A DNA stretch of 64,000 nucleotides from an uncultured Christensenellaceae bacterium (GTDB lineage: Bacteria; Bacillota; Clostridia; Christensenellales; SZUA-584): assembly GCA_964441275.1 (NCBI GenBank), contig CAYTUG010000006.1, positions 11,739 to 75,738 on the forward strand. The letters are read 5' to 3'. This document shows positions 26,872 to 38,714 of the stretch, in pieces. The notes beneath the pieces are model-generated. The model was not told the DNA's origin. It did not search any database and saw only the letters and a program-made list of their open reading frames with translations. The position numbers and the translations under genes are program-made. How positions within the stretch are numbered: the stretch's first letter is position 1; the number at the start of each line of letters is the position of its first letter.

Positions 26872-29691
26872 ATGATTGAATATATAAAGGTAAAAGGGGC
26901 GAGGGAGCATAATTTAAAAGATGTAGACGTACTGATTCCGCGCAACAAATTGGTTGTAATAACCGGCATCTCGGGCAGCGGCAAATCATCGCTTGCGTTT
27001 GATACAATTTACGCGGAAGGCCAGCGCAGATACGTGGAATCTCTTTCCGCTTATGCGCGCCAATTTTTAGGGCAGATGGATAAGCCGGATGTTGATTCTA
27101 TTGACGGGCTTTCGCCGGCAATATCAATAGACCAGAAGACGACAAGCAAAAACCCGCGTTCAACCGTAGGCACGGTAACCGAGATTCACGATTATCTGCG
27201 GCTGCTGTTTGCGCGCGCGGGGGAGGTGCACTGCACACGCTGCGGCAAGAAGATTGAGCGTCAAACGGTAGACCAGATTGTTGACGATATACTAAAAAGG
27301 CCGTCCGGAGACAGAATAATGATATTGGCTCCAGTAGTAAAGGGCAGGAAGGGACGGCACGAAAAGCTGCTCGATGATCTTTCAAAATCGGGCTATTCGC
27401 GGGTTATGGTTGACGGTATAACGTATACCCTCGATGAAGAAATTGTGCTTGATAAGAATAAAAGACATACTATAGATGTGGTTGTAGACAGGATTATTCT
27501 GTCTGACGATTCGCCTGCGAGGTTGACCGATTCCGTGGAAACCGCGCTTGAACGCGGCGAAGGCGTTATAAAAATAGTCGATTTAGACAGCAATTTTGAA
27601 CAAAGCTATTCGCAAAACTATGCGTGCATAGATTGCGGAATAAGCATCGATGAGATATCGCCCCGGTTGTTTTCTTTTAACGCGCCTTACGGCGCATGTT
27701 CCTATTGCCATGGTTTAGGGACAATTATGAAAGTGGACGAAGATATAGTTGTACCCGATAAGACAAAATCGCTTGCGCAGGGCGCGATAAAAGCAATGGG
27801 CTGGAATTCGGCGTCATCCGATAACTGGGGCACATACTATTTTGTGGGTTTGGCAAAACATTTTGGGTTTGATATGCAAACGCCCTTCAAAGATTTGAGC
27901 GAAAAGGTGCAAAATATAATACTTTACGGTACAAACGGCGAACGGTTCGAGATAGATTATTCTACCGAAAATTCAAAAGGCACTTTCCTAAACAGCTTTG
28001 AAGGCGTAATACCGAGTATTGAGCGGCGTTATATGCAAACCGGGTCCGACATGATGAAAGCCGAATACGAAAAATATATGGCGACTTTGGTTTGCCCCGC
28101 GTGTAACGGTACAAGATATAAAAAAGAGCCTCTCTCCGTGCTTATAGGCGGCAAAAATATCGCTCAAGTATCCGAGATGGCAATAATCGACACAATACGG
28201 TTTTTTGAAAAACTAAAGCTTACGGACAAGCAAAGACTGATTGCGGACAGGGTGTTAAAAGAGCTGCTATCAAGGCTTAAATTTCTCAAAAATGTGGGGC
28301 TGGCATATTTGACCCTTTCGCGTTCCGCCGGAACTCTTTCGGGGGGAGAAGCCCAGCGCATACGGCTTGCCACTCAAATAGGTTCGGGATTAACAGGCGT
28401 TTTGTACATACTCGACGAGCCGAGCATAGGGTTGCACCAGAAAGATAATTACAGGCTTATCGAAACGCTAAAAGAGCTTCAGTCTCTCGGAAACACCCTG
28501 ATTGTAGTCGAGCACGACGAAGAGACGATGCGCAGTGCGGATTGGCTGATAGACATGGGGCCGGGCGCCGGGCTTCAAGGTGGGCGTGTTGTCGCCGCGG
28601 GCACTTTGCAGCAAATAGAAAATGACCCGAAATCCATTACCGGCCAGTACCTATCGGGGGCGAAGAAAATTAAAGTTCCGGAACAAAGGCGCAAGCCTGC
28701 CGGCTATTTTACTGTGCAAGGAGCGCAGGAAAACAACCTGAAAAACATTGACGCCAAATTTCCTATTGGCGTTATAACGGCTGTAACCGGCGTATCGGGC
28801 AGCGGAAAATCCACTCTTGTTAGCGAGGTGCTGTATAAAGCGTTAGCCAAAAAGATATATAAAGCAAAAGAAAGGCCGGGAAAACACAAACAGATTGCGG
28901 GCGCGGATAGTATAGACAAAGTTATAAATATAGACCAAAGCCCTATCGGGCGCACGCCCCGCTCAAATCCGGCAACGTATACGGGCGTTTTTACGCCTGT
29001 GAGGGATTTATTTGCGTCCACCAAAGACGCCAAGGTTAAAGGTTTCGGCAAAGGACGATTTTCCTTTAATATCAAAGGCGGAAGATGTGAGGCGTGCAGG
29101 GGAGACGGGATAATTAAAATTGAAATGCACTTTCTGCCCGATGTTTATGTGCCTTGCGAGATATGCAAGGGGGCAAGGTACAATAGGGAAACGCTTGAGG
29201 TTAAATACAAGGGCAAGACCATCCAGCAGGTGCTTGATATGACGGCGCAAGAGGCGCTTGAGTTTTTCGGGAGCATCCCGGCAATAAAAAACATATTGCA
29301 AGTAATATGCGATGTGGGGTTAGGTTATATACGCTTGGGACAGCCTTCGACCACTCTTTCGGGCGGGGAAGCGCAGCGAGTTAAATTGGCCACTCACCTT
29401 TCTAAGCGTCAAACGGGCAGCACTCTTTTTATTTTGGACGAGCCGACAACGGGGCTGCATGCCGCCGATGTAAAAAAGCTTGTTTCAATACTTGCAAGGC
29501 TTGCCGATAAGGGCAACACGGTTATTGTAATTGAGCACAACCTCGACGTTATAAAATGCGCCGATTACTGCATAGATTTGGGCCCGGAAGGCGGCGATAA
29601 CGGCGGATATATAATTGCGCAGGGCACTCCCGAACAGCTTGCAAATATAAAACAAAGCGCCACGGGAGAGTATCTTAAAAAGGTGCTTTGA
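26872..29691 (+). CDS. uvrA: Excinuclease ABC subunit A
   Basis: 939 aa. Two ABC modules ('[10 protein letters not shown]', '[10 protein letters not shown]', two 'LSGGE' signatures) and zinc-finger Cys pairs. Confidence 0.97.
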   Translation: MIEYIKVKGAREHNLKDVDVLIPRNKLVVITGISGSGKSSLAFDTIYAEGQRRYVESLSAYARQFLGQMDKPDVDSIDGLSPAISIDQKTTSKNPRSTVGTVTEIHDYLRLLFARAGEVHCTRCGKKIERQTVDQIVDDILKRPSGDRIMILAPVVKGRKGRHEKLLDDLSKSGYSRVMVDGITYTLDEEIVLDKNKRHTIDVVVDRIILSDDSPARLTDSVETALERGEGVIKIVDLDSNFEQSYSQNYACIDCGISIDEISPRLFSFNAPYGACSYCHGLGTIMKVDEDIVVPDKTKSLAQGAIKAMGWNSASSDNWGTYYFVGLAKHFGFDMQTPFKDLSEKVQNIILYGTNGERFEIDYSTENSKGTFLNSFEGVIPSIERRYMQTGSDMMKAEYEKYMATLVCPACNGTRYKKEPLSVLIGGKNIAQVSEMAIIDTIRFFEKLKLTDKQRLIADRVLKELLSRLKFLKNVGLAYLTLSRSAGTLSGGEAQRIRLATQIGSGLTGVLYILDEPSIGLHQKDNYRLIETLKELQSLGNTLIVVEHDEETMRSADWLIDMGPGAGLQGGRVVAAGTLQQIENDPKSITGQYLSGAKKIKVPEQRRKPAGYFTVQGAQENNLKNIDAKFPIGVITAVTGVSGSGKSTLVSEVLYKALAKKIYKAKERPGKHKQIAGADSIDKVINIDQSPIGRTPRSNPATYTGVFTPVRDLFASTKDAKVKGFGKGRFSFNIKGGRCEACRGDGIIKIEMHFLPDVYVPCEICKGARYNRETLEVKYKGKTIQQVLDMTAQEALEFFGSIPAIKNILQVICDVGLGYIRLGQPSTTLSGGEAQRVKLATHLSKRQTGSTLFILDEPTTGLHAADVKKLVSILARLADKGNTVIVIEHNLDVIKCADYCIDLGPEGGDNGGYIIAQGTPEQLANIKQSATGEYLKKVL

Positions 29692-29862
29692 CATATTGCC
29701 CGTATCGTATTTTATAATAATGCTTTTTGAAACGCAGCCTCACACAAACGCACAGGTCAAATAATAAAACGGCAACGAAATTAGCTGTTTATTTTGTTGT
29801 AGTTCGCATGTATAAATGCTATCATCAAATACAAAAGAGACAAACAGACAATGGGGGGTTTT

Positions 29863-31350
29863 ATGGGCGATAGCTTTAAAGATAGGCTGGGCAAGGTTAT
29901 AAGAACAATTGTAGATATAGTTTTTGTAATGTTTTGCGCAAGCTTTTTTATGTTTTTCCTTTTCTTTGGCAACCTTGACGAACTAACTTTCTTTGAAATA
30001 TTGCCTTTCATTCTTATTTTTTCTTCTTTGGGTTGGGTTTTATATTTAGTGCTGCGCATTAGCCTAAAAAAGCGCAAGAAAGCCGCTTTGATTTCCGGGG
30101 CAGTGACGTGCATACTTTTTAACGCAGGCAGATTGACCGAACCGCTCGGCTATGTTGCTGTATTACTGCTTACCATATTTTCAATCGCTGCAGTAACTGT
30201 TATTTCAGTCAGGTTTATATCCGAGGCAGCGTCGGCGAAAATAGTGTTATTCGCTACTATTTTCGTTACTGCGCTTTTGCTGTTTAACACGGTGATTTCG
30301 CTGCCACAGTTTTCAACGAACAAACGGCTGTCCGAACAGGCAAAAGCAAAAGCCGCCGCACAGCAGGAAATCAAAGTGCCCGAAAAATATGTGAACGGCG
30401 ATATTGAACTGCCCAACTTCTATATATTTATATTTGACGAGCTTGCGGGCGCAAAGTGTATGCAACAGGTATACAATTACGATAACGCTTTTTTCTATGA
30501 AAATATGCGCGAACTCGGTTTTGCGGTTTCGGAAAACAGCACCAACTATAAACAGTTTACTATGGAATGTTTATCGGGGCTGTTTAATTTAGATTATATT
30601 TTCAGTTATGATTCCGATGGCTATTTGGCTTGTGACCAACAGTTTAAAAACGCAAGGTTTTTCAGCATAATGAAGGAAATGGGCTACACTCTTTACGAAA
30701 CAGAGGTCTCTGGATTTGTGGATTTCGAGCCCCGTTACAGATATTATGCAAATAAAGAATACCGCACCACGGAAGACGGACGCACAACTTTAGACTTAAT
30801 TCTTGACTGGTCTGTTTTTGGAAGGCCGGTTCAGGAGCTTAATATATTCAGTTCCATGTATGAAAAATATAACGAAATGTTCGCACACTATATGTCTCCA
30901 AAAAGCTATGCTTATAGGAATGCGTTCACGTTTGCGTACGTTTGCTGCCCGCATGCGCCTTTTATTTACGACATAAACGGAGAACGCGTGGATGATGCAA
31001 ACAGGATGAACTGGTCGGACCCTAAATATTTTCTTGAGCAATATGAGTACATGTGCGGGCAAATTACCGATATAATGCAATCGGTAATTCAATACGACCC
31101 CGAATCAATTATTATTGTGCTTTCGGACCATGGCGTTAAACAAAACAAGCACCTTTGGGATGGCCCCGTTACAGATTACGCACAGTCGGTTGATACTTTT
31201 TTTGCGGTTTATGCAGGCGGCAGCGATTCATTGACCGATATTACAAACCTATGCGGCGCTGGCATATTAAGAAAAGTGCTCAATACGCAATTTGGTTTTA
31301 ACTTAAGCCCGGTATCCCCGCCGGAAGGGTTGGGACAATTGCTCGATTAA
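29863..31350 (+). CDS. LtaS/EptA-like membrane protein, paralog 1 (multi-TM N-domain + extracytoplasmic alkaline-phosphatase-superfamily domain)
   Basis: N-terminal hydrophobic helices. Sulfatase-like motifs 'LPNFYIFIFDE', 'KQFTMEC', 'CPHAPF' and 'IIIVLSDHG'. ATG at 29863 follows a GGGGGG RBS. Confidence 0.65.
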   Translation: MGDSFKDRLGKVIRTIVDIVFVMFCASFFMFFLFFGNLDELTFFEILPFILIFSSLGWVLYLVLRISLKKRKKAALISGAVTCILFNAGRLTEPLGYVAVLLLTIFSIAAVTVISVRFISEAASAKIVLFATIFVTALLLFNTVISLPQFSTNKRLSEQAKAKAAAQQEIKVPEKYVNGDIELPNFYIFIFDELAGAKCMQQVYNYDNAFFYENMRELGFAVSENSTNYKQFTMECLSGLFNLDYIFSYDSDGYLACDQQFKNARFFSIMKEMGYTLYETEVSGFVDFEPRYRYYANKEYRTTEDGRTTLDLILDWSVFGRPVQELNIFSSMYEKYNEMFAHYMSPKSYAYRNAFTFAYVCCPHAPFIYDINGERVDDANRMNWSDPKYFLEQYEYMCGQITDIMQSVIQYDPESIIIVLSDHGVKQNKHLWDGPVTDYAQSVDTFFAVYAGGSDSLTDITNLCGAGILRKVLNTQFGFNLSPVSPPEGLGQLLD

Positions 31351-31386
31351 CATTTATGTGCAATAAATTACGTTTAGGTTCTTTTA

Positions 31387-31416
31387 TTGACAAGGTATAT
31401 GGATTTAGTATATATT
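31387..31416 (+). promoter_or_regulatory. Promoter of paralog 2 (duplicated with the gene)
   Basis: TTGACA at 31387-31392, then TATATA/TATATT 16-18 nt downstream. The 5'UTR 'TTTTTAAATTGTGAGGGGG' parallels the one upstream of paralog 3. Confidence 0.55.
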
Positions 31417-31442
31417 TTTAAATTGTGAGGGGGAAACTTCCA

Positions 31443-33200
<1,758 letters not shown>

Positions 33201-33276
33201 AAAGCCAAAGCTATACGGCAAATTGGATGCGGCCAATTGATTCGGGGCAGGCTAAAATGGCTTATTTCGTGCTGTA

Positions 33277-33305
33277 TTGACAAAGAATGCGATACGGTAT
33301 ATATT
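33277..33305 (+). promoter_or_regulatory. Promoter of paralog 3
   Basis: TTGACA (33277-33282), 17-nt spacer, TATATT (33300-33305), followed by 'TTTTTTATTATGAGGGGGGG' RBS and ATG at 33331. Confidence 0.6.
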
Positions 33306-33330
33306 TTTTTATTATGAGGGGGGGCCGCCT

Positions 33331-35130
33331 ATGGAAATGCAACCGGACAAAAGGGTAAAAGTGTTTAAGCATAAACTAAACAACCCAAGTTCACACGAAC
33401 AAAATAAAGGCGGACGGTCTAATACAAAAACCCAATCCCAAGCTTTAAGCAGGGCGGAAAGAAAAAAGCATTCAAAAGGCCCTTTTGCTATGGAATTAGT
33501 TTTTTCGATACTGCTGCTTTCGTCTATGTGTGCGCTTCGCACAGTACAGGTTTACGCTAATAACACCGAATTAGTCTCGTTCGCCGATTTAGGTAATTCC
33601 ATATGGTTATCAACTTTGATTAGCTTAACGGCGTTTGCGTTATTGAGAATATTTCTGCGCAAGCCTTATTTTGCCTGCGTTTTGGTTGCATTCGGCACAT
33701 TTCTTGCCGTCAATTTTAGCTGGCTGATAGATGCGGCGCGTTTGATTAAAAACGAATACGACTTCGCGGTTGTTGTAGGTTTGCTGTTATACATTATCAT
33801 TATTACTGGTTTCGTATTCCTTTTGCGGATGTTATACAAAAAAGGGCTAAACATATGTATATTTGCAAGAATACTTTCTGTAACATTTACCTGCTTGGTT
33901 ATTTTCAACATTGTGCTTGCGTCAGTCGCTTCCGGGCAGACCGATTTGGCGGAAAAACCGGAAGATGAAATACCCGTTGTTGCTTATAAAACGCCGGCTA
34001 TAGTAAAGCCGGCTGCAATACCAAGCGAACCGGACGGCGTCAAACCTTTTGGGTTGCCAAACGTTTATTTCTTTGTATTGGACGAATACGGAACATTTGA
34101 CATGATGTCGAAATATTACGATTATGATAACAAAACTTTTTATGACTTTCTTACCGCGCAAGGGTTTAGCGTGTCGCGCGAAAGTTACGGGACGGACAAT
34201 CAAACCGCAAACTGTTTTACCGACTTGTTAAATATTGAATATATGTCTAAAAACATTTCTAAAAACGAACGGCAAAAGGCAATTAAAAATGCGAAACTGT
34301 TTAAAATATTTTCCGACCTTGGATATTATCAATATCAGGTAGCCAACAGCAAATATTTTCCGGGCATACAAAGCCTTGACATTGGCATAAGCCAAATAGA
34401 TTCTGACGACGAGGATCCGAACCGTTTCGGGGATCAGGCCGCTTCGGATGTGGCAAATGACTCTATCTTCGGCGCGCTTGCGGAACTTATGGGCGGCGGT
34501 GACAGCGACTCAAAGGTTGATGCGGACAAACTAAACAAATGGGGTTTTTATCCTTCCGACTATATTCGGGAAACAAAAGAGTTTAAAAAGCATAAAAGCA
34601 AGAAAAAAGCGGATGCCATTTTAAAAGTATTTGATTATTTTGAAAACCCGGCAAATTATGGTGAAAATTCGCCTCGCGTAGTTTACGCCTATATGTTGGC
34701 AACCCATGTTCCGTTTGTTTTTGACGAATACGGCGGCATAATAGCGTTTAATGATTATCGCAACTGGGAAAATAAAAACGTTTACTTAAACCAATATAAA
34801 TTTGTAAGTAAACATCTTATGGTCAGCCTGCTAACCATAATTCAAAACGACCCGGAAAGCATTATTATAATAATGTCCGACCACGGCATACGTCATCACG
34901 CGGACTGCACAAAAAAGCATACATTTTATATAAACAACAAGGATTCGTGCCGCATTATGAATGCGGTGTACATAAAGGGAGAAAAACATAACATTGAAGG
35001 GCTTTCGGGTATAAATACGCTGCGTTATATACTAAGCCAATACGAAGGGCAAAGCTATCCGCAGGTGGAAGACCCGATAAATTCGGGCTCTCCCGACAAT
35101 TTGCGCGGGATAATACCCAAGCCAAGATAA
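33331..35130 (+). CDS. LtaS/EptA-like membrane protein, paralog 3
   Basis: Same architecture as paralog 2: 'LPNVYFFVLDEY', 'TDNQTANC', 'THVPFVFDE' and 'IIIIMSDHGIRHHADC'. A C-terminal block is identical to paralog 2. Confidence 0.7.
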   Translation: MEMQPDKRVKVFKHKLNNPSSHEQNKGGRSNTKTQSQALSRAERKKHSKGPFAMELVFSILLLSSMCALRTVQVYANNTELVSFADLGNSIWLSTLISLTAFALLRIFLRKPYFACVLVAFGTFLAVNFSWLIDAARLIKNEYDFAVVVGLLLYIIIITGFVFLLRMLYKKGLNICIFARILSVTFTCLVIFNIVLASVASGQTDLAEKPEDEIPVVAYKTPAIVKPAAIPSEPDGVKPFGLPNVYFFVLDEYGTFDMMSKYYDYDNKTFYDFLTAQGFSVSRESYGTDNQTANCFTDLLNIEYMSKNISKNERQKAIKNAKLFKIFSDLGYYQYQVANSKYFPGIQSLDIGISQIDSDDEDPNRFGDQAASDVANDSIFGALAELMGGGDSDSKVDADKLNKWGFYPSDYIRETKEFKKHKSKKKADAILKVFDYFENPANYGENSPRVVYAYMLATHVPFVFDEYGGIIAFNDYRNWENKNVYLNQYKFVSKHLMVSLLTIIQNDPESIIIIMSDHGIRHHADCTKKHTFYINNKDSCRIMNAVYIKGEKHNIEGLSGINTLRYILSQYEGQSYPQVEDPINSGSPDNLRGIIPKPR

Positions 35131-35172
35131 GCGTTTTAGCGGTTATATAAGAACATTTTTAAGGAACAACCT

Positions 35173-37251
35173 ATGGATATAATAAATACTATTATAGGCG
35201 TGCCGCTCGGCTACATTATGTGGCTTTGTTATGCGGTTGTAAAAGAGTACGGTTTTTCGATTCTGCTGTTTACTCTTTTAACAAAAGCCTTGCAGTTTCC
35301 CATTAACGTATGGGTGCAAAAAAATTCAATCAAGATGATAAAATTAAAGCCGCGACTTAACGAAATTGCGGCGTCAAATGCCGGCAGATGGGATGCGATA
35401 ACCGAACAACAGCTTGCGCTTTATAAGCAGGAAAATTACAAACCATTGGCGGGCATAATCCCTCTTTTAATTCAGATTCCCATAATACTCGGGCTTATTG
35501 CGGTGGTGTACAACCCTTTGCAGCATTTACTGCACCTTAACACGGACACAATAAACGCTCTGACCGAAAAAGCCTCGCAGATACTAAATACGGAGCAGCT
35601 CGGTTCCGCCGCGCAATTAAAAGTTATAGAGCTTGTTAACAATCCGTCATATATTGATGCGTTTGTAGGCGTTACGGCAACAGGAGCGGCGGATGCGATA
35701 GAAAAGATTGGTTCGCTCAATCTGCATTTTTTGGGGTTTAACTTGGCTGTTGTTCCCGAATTTGTGTGGAACATTCAGCTGTTGATACCCGCTTTATCGG
35801 GATTGAGCACTTTAATGCTGTCCGTAATACAAAATAAAATAAATGTGCTGCAAAAAGAGGCCGGGTGGTTTGGCCGATGGGGCATGGCAATTTTTTTGAC
35901 TTTATTCTCTTTGTATTTCGCGTTTATAGTGCCAGCGGGGGTTGGGGTCTACTGGATACTCAGTAACGTAATCTCAATATTTATTATGATAGTGGTGAAT
36001 CTGATTTACCCTCCGAAAAAACATATCGATTATGACGCATTAGAAAAAAGCAAAGCAATGCTTGCGCAAAGCAAGGAGTTAGAGAAAAAGCTAAAGCCGA
36101 CTGCCGAGCAAAGGGCAAGGACAAAAGCAGATTATAAGCGTTTCTTTGAAGAAGACAACATTAAGGAGTTGGTTTTCTATTCCGAAAAGAGCGGTTTTTA
36201 TAAGTATTTCAAACAAGTAATAGAGTATATACTCGAAAATTCCGGCATCGATATACATTATGTGACCAGCGACCCGAACGATCAGGTTTTTGCTATTAAC
36301 AACCCTCGTATAAAACCTTATTATATAGATGATAACAGGCTGATTGTGCTTTTTATGAAGATAGAAACAAAGATGTTTGTTATGACTATGTCGGACTTGC
36401 AGCAGTTTCATCTGAAACGCTCTTTGGTGCAAAAAGATATTGAATACATTTATATGTTTCACTATCCGCTCAGCACAACAATGGTGCTTAATAAGGGTGC
36501 GCTTAACCATTATGACACTATTTTTTGCGTAGGCGAATTTCAGTTTGACGAAATAAGGCAAACCGAGCAGCTGTATAACCTAAACAGCAAAAACTTAGTT
36601 TTATGCGGATACCCAATGCTTGAAGAGCTTAAAACCCGATTCGATTCTATCGATAAAATGCATAGAGGCGCAAAAAAGGTGCTCATCGCGCCTTCATGGC
36701 AGGAACAGAACATACTTGACAGCTGTATACACGATATTTTGGCAAAATTGCTCGGGAAAGGGTATAATGTTGTCGTCAGACCTCATCCGGAATACGTTAA
36801 GCGTTATGTTGCGAAAACAAATTCGCTTGTTGCGCATTATAAGGACTACAATGGCGGCGATCTTAATTTTGAATTGGATTTTGCGGACAGCGGCTCGATA
36901 TTTAATTCAGATATTGTGATTAGCGATTGGTCGGGGGCGGCATATGAATTTGCCTTTGTTACAAACAAACCGGTTATTTTTATCAACACCCCGCCAAAGG
37001 TTAACAATCAGGAATACGGCTTATTAGAAGCTAAGCCGCTTGAGATAACCCTGCGCAATAATATAGGGAAGCAGATAGAGCCAAGCAATCTCGACACTCT
37101 TTGTGGCACTATTGACGAATTGCTTGCGGCAAACAAAAAGTTTAGCGCGCAAATTGAGCGGATACGACAAAAACACATAGCCAATTTCGGGCAAAGCGCA
37201 AAGATTGCGGGGCAGTATATTATTGACAGGTCAGCTGAAGAAAAACAATAG
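35173..37251 (+). CDS. Fusion protein: YidC/Oxa1-family insertase domain + TagB/TagF-type CDP-glycerol glycerophosphotransferase domain
   Basis: 692 aa, uninterrupted. N-terminal YidC signatures: 'GFSILLFTLLTKALQFPINVWVQKNSIKMIKLKPRLNEI', 'YKPLAGIIPLLIQIPIILGL' and 'VPAGVGVYWILSNVISI'. A basic coiled linker follows. C-terminal Glyphos_transf-like motifs: 'VLIAPSWQE', 'VVVRPHPE' and 'VISDWSGAAYEFAF'. Confidence 0.7.
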   Translation: MDIINTIIGVPLGYIMWLCYAVVKEYGFSILLFTLLTKALQFPINVWVQKNSIKMIKLKPRLNEIAASNAGRWDAITEQQLALYKQENYKPLAGIIPLLIQIPIILGLIAVVYNPLQHLLHLNTDTINALTEKASQILNTEQLGSAAQLKVIELVNNPSYIDAFVGVTATGAADAIEKIGSLNLHFLGFNLAVVPEFVWNIQLLIPALSGLSTLMLSVIQNKINVLQKEAGWFGRWGMAIFLTLFSLYFAFIVPAGVGVYWILSNVISIFIMIVVNLIYPPKKHIDYDALEKSKAMLAQSKELEKKLKPTAEQRARTKADYKRFFEEDNIKELVFYSEKSGFYKYFKQVIEYILENSGIDIHYVTSDPNDQVFAINNPRIKPYYIDDNRLIVLFMKIETKMFVMTMSDLQQFHLKRSLVQKDIEYIYMFHYPLSTTMVLNKGALNHYDTIFCVGEFQFDEIRQTEQLYNLNSKNLVLCGYPMLEELKTRFDSIDKMHRGAKKVLIAPSWQEQNILDSCIHDILAKLLGKGYNVVVRPHPEYVKRYVAKTNSLVAHYKDYNGGDLNFELDFADSGSIFNSDIVISDWSGAAYEFAFVTNKPVIFINTPPKVNNQEYGLLEAKPLEITLRNNIGKQIEPSNLDTLCGTIDELLAANKKFSAQIERIRQKHIANFGQSAKIAGQYIIDRSAEEKQ

Positions 37252-37284
37252 ATACATTATTACAAAAACTATTTGGAGGTCGGT

Positions 37285-37536
37285 ATGAAGAAACTTTTAT
37301 GCAATATGGCAACCATAATAACCTATTCCGTGTTGTTAAGCGTTATGCTTTCTACCACAGCGTATGCGTACATTGATTCCGCGGCTACATCGTACATTAT
37401 TCAGATAATTGCGGGCGTGGTTATTGCATTCGGCGTAACGGTGGGGATATTCTGGAAAAAGATAAAGCTGTTTTTTAGGAACAAGAGGATTAAGCGGTTA
37501 GAGAGGTCCATATCAAAAAAAGCCGAAAAACAATAA
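37285..37536 (+). CDS. Small membrane protein (signal peptide + one TM + basic tail)
   Basis: 83 aa: 'MKKLLCNMATIITYSVLLSVMLSTTAYA|YIDSAATSYIIQIIAGVVIAFGVTVGIFW' followed by KKIKLFFRNKRIKRLERS. A GGAGG RBS lies 5 nt upstream and the gene starts 34 nt after the fusion gene. Confidence 0.5.
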   Translation: MKKLLCNMATIITYSVLLSVMLSTTAYAYIDSAATSYIIQIIAGVVIAFGVTVGIFWKKIKLFFRNKRIKRLERSISKKAEKQ

Positions 37537-37754
37537 GATCCAAAAACAAATCGTTTATACCTAAACTTACGCATAAGCCGGTTTATAATACCGGGCTTTG
37601 CTTTGTGCATTCAACGGTATAAGCTTTGGTAGAAATTTGCAAAAATACGGGGGGCTGCAAAGTTATATCCGCATTAGTTAAAAATTAAGATGCGAAATTA
37701 TCGTATGAATACGATTGTTTAGCCCTAACGCTAAAAAGATGGGAAGGTGATATT

Positions 37755-38714
37755 GTGGATATCCGGAATATAGACAGGAAGAAGATAAAAAGAACGCTGC
37801 TTGGAATAATAATTGCGGTGGTTTTTATTATTGCCGCCGCCACATGCTGGTATACATTAGACGATAAGCAATTGGGGGTTGTGACAACTTTCGGAAAGGT
37901 GACCGATATAAACGAAGCAGGAATACATTTTAAGCTGCCTTTCGGCATACAGCAGGTGCACAAAGTTGACGTAAACGTATATCAGAAAATTGAGATTGGC
38001 TATCGCACGGATGCCGATAGCCTAGAAGGGTATACATTGGTAGACGAAGAAAGCAAGATGATAACGGGAGATTATAACATAGTTAATGTCGAATTCTTTG
38101 TGGAGTACAAGATTTCGGAACCGGAGAAATATCTTTTTTCGGCTTACGAGCCCGAGCAGGTTTTGCGCAACCTGATACAAAGCCAAATACGAAATGTTGT
38201 AGGTTCAACAAACGTTGACGCGGTGCTAACAACGGGCAAAGAGCTTATTCAACAGCAGGTGAAAGAGCTTGTTTCCTCTGTATTGGCAAAGTACGATATC
38301 GGGCTTACGCTGACAGATGTGAAAATTCAGGATAGCGAGCCTCCGACCGATGAAGTTACAGCCGCTTTTAAAGAAGTGGAAACAGCAAAACAGGGCGCGG
38401 AAACCGTCGTTAACCAGGCGAAAGCGTACGAGAACGCACAGCTTCCCGAAGCGAAAGCTAAGGCGGACAAGCTTGTGCGCAACGCCGAATATTTAAAGCA
38501 AAGCCGCATTAACAGCGCTATTGAGAAGATAGCGATGTTTGAGGCGTTGTATACGGAGTACGCTAACAATCCTTCCACAATGCGCGCGCGTATGTATTAC
38601 GAGATGATTACTAAACTATTGCCCGGCGTTAAAATTTACATCAATACTTCGAATGGGGACGTTGATATGATGCTCCCTTTGGAAAGCTTTGTGGCCGCGG
38701 CGGAGGTGCAATAA
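37755..38714 (+). CDS. hflK: FtsH protease modulator HflK (SPFH/band-7)
   Basis: 319 aa. N-terminal TM, SPFH core 'VVTTFGKV...GIHFKLPFGIQ...ITGDYNIVNVEF' and an Ala/Lys-rich coiled coil. GTG start. Confidence 0.85.
   Translation: MDIRNIDRKKIKRTLLGIIIAVVFIIAAATCWYTLDDKQLGVVTTFGKVTDINEAGIHFKLPFGIQQVHKVDVNVYQKIEIGYRTDADSLEGYTLVDEESKMITGDYNIVNVEFFVEYKISEPEKYLFSAYEPEQVLRNLIQSQIRNVVGSTNVDAVLTTGKELIQQQVKELVSSVLAKYDIGLTLTDVKIQDSEPPTDEVTAAFKEVETAKQGAETVVNQAKAYENAQLPEAKAKADKLVRNAEYLKQSRINSAIEKIAMFEALYTEYANNPSTMRARMYYEMITKLLPGVKIYINTSNGDVDMMLPLESFVAAAEVQ

Noticed and set aside
33277-33330. ORF-track TTG start 54 nt upstream of paralog 3 (and the equivalent 31425 start for paralog 2)
   Set aside because: The 'start' TTG is part of a TTGACA -35 box. 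The consensus-like promoter and a G-rich RBS precede the internal ATGs at 33331 and 31443.
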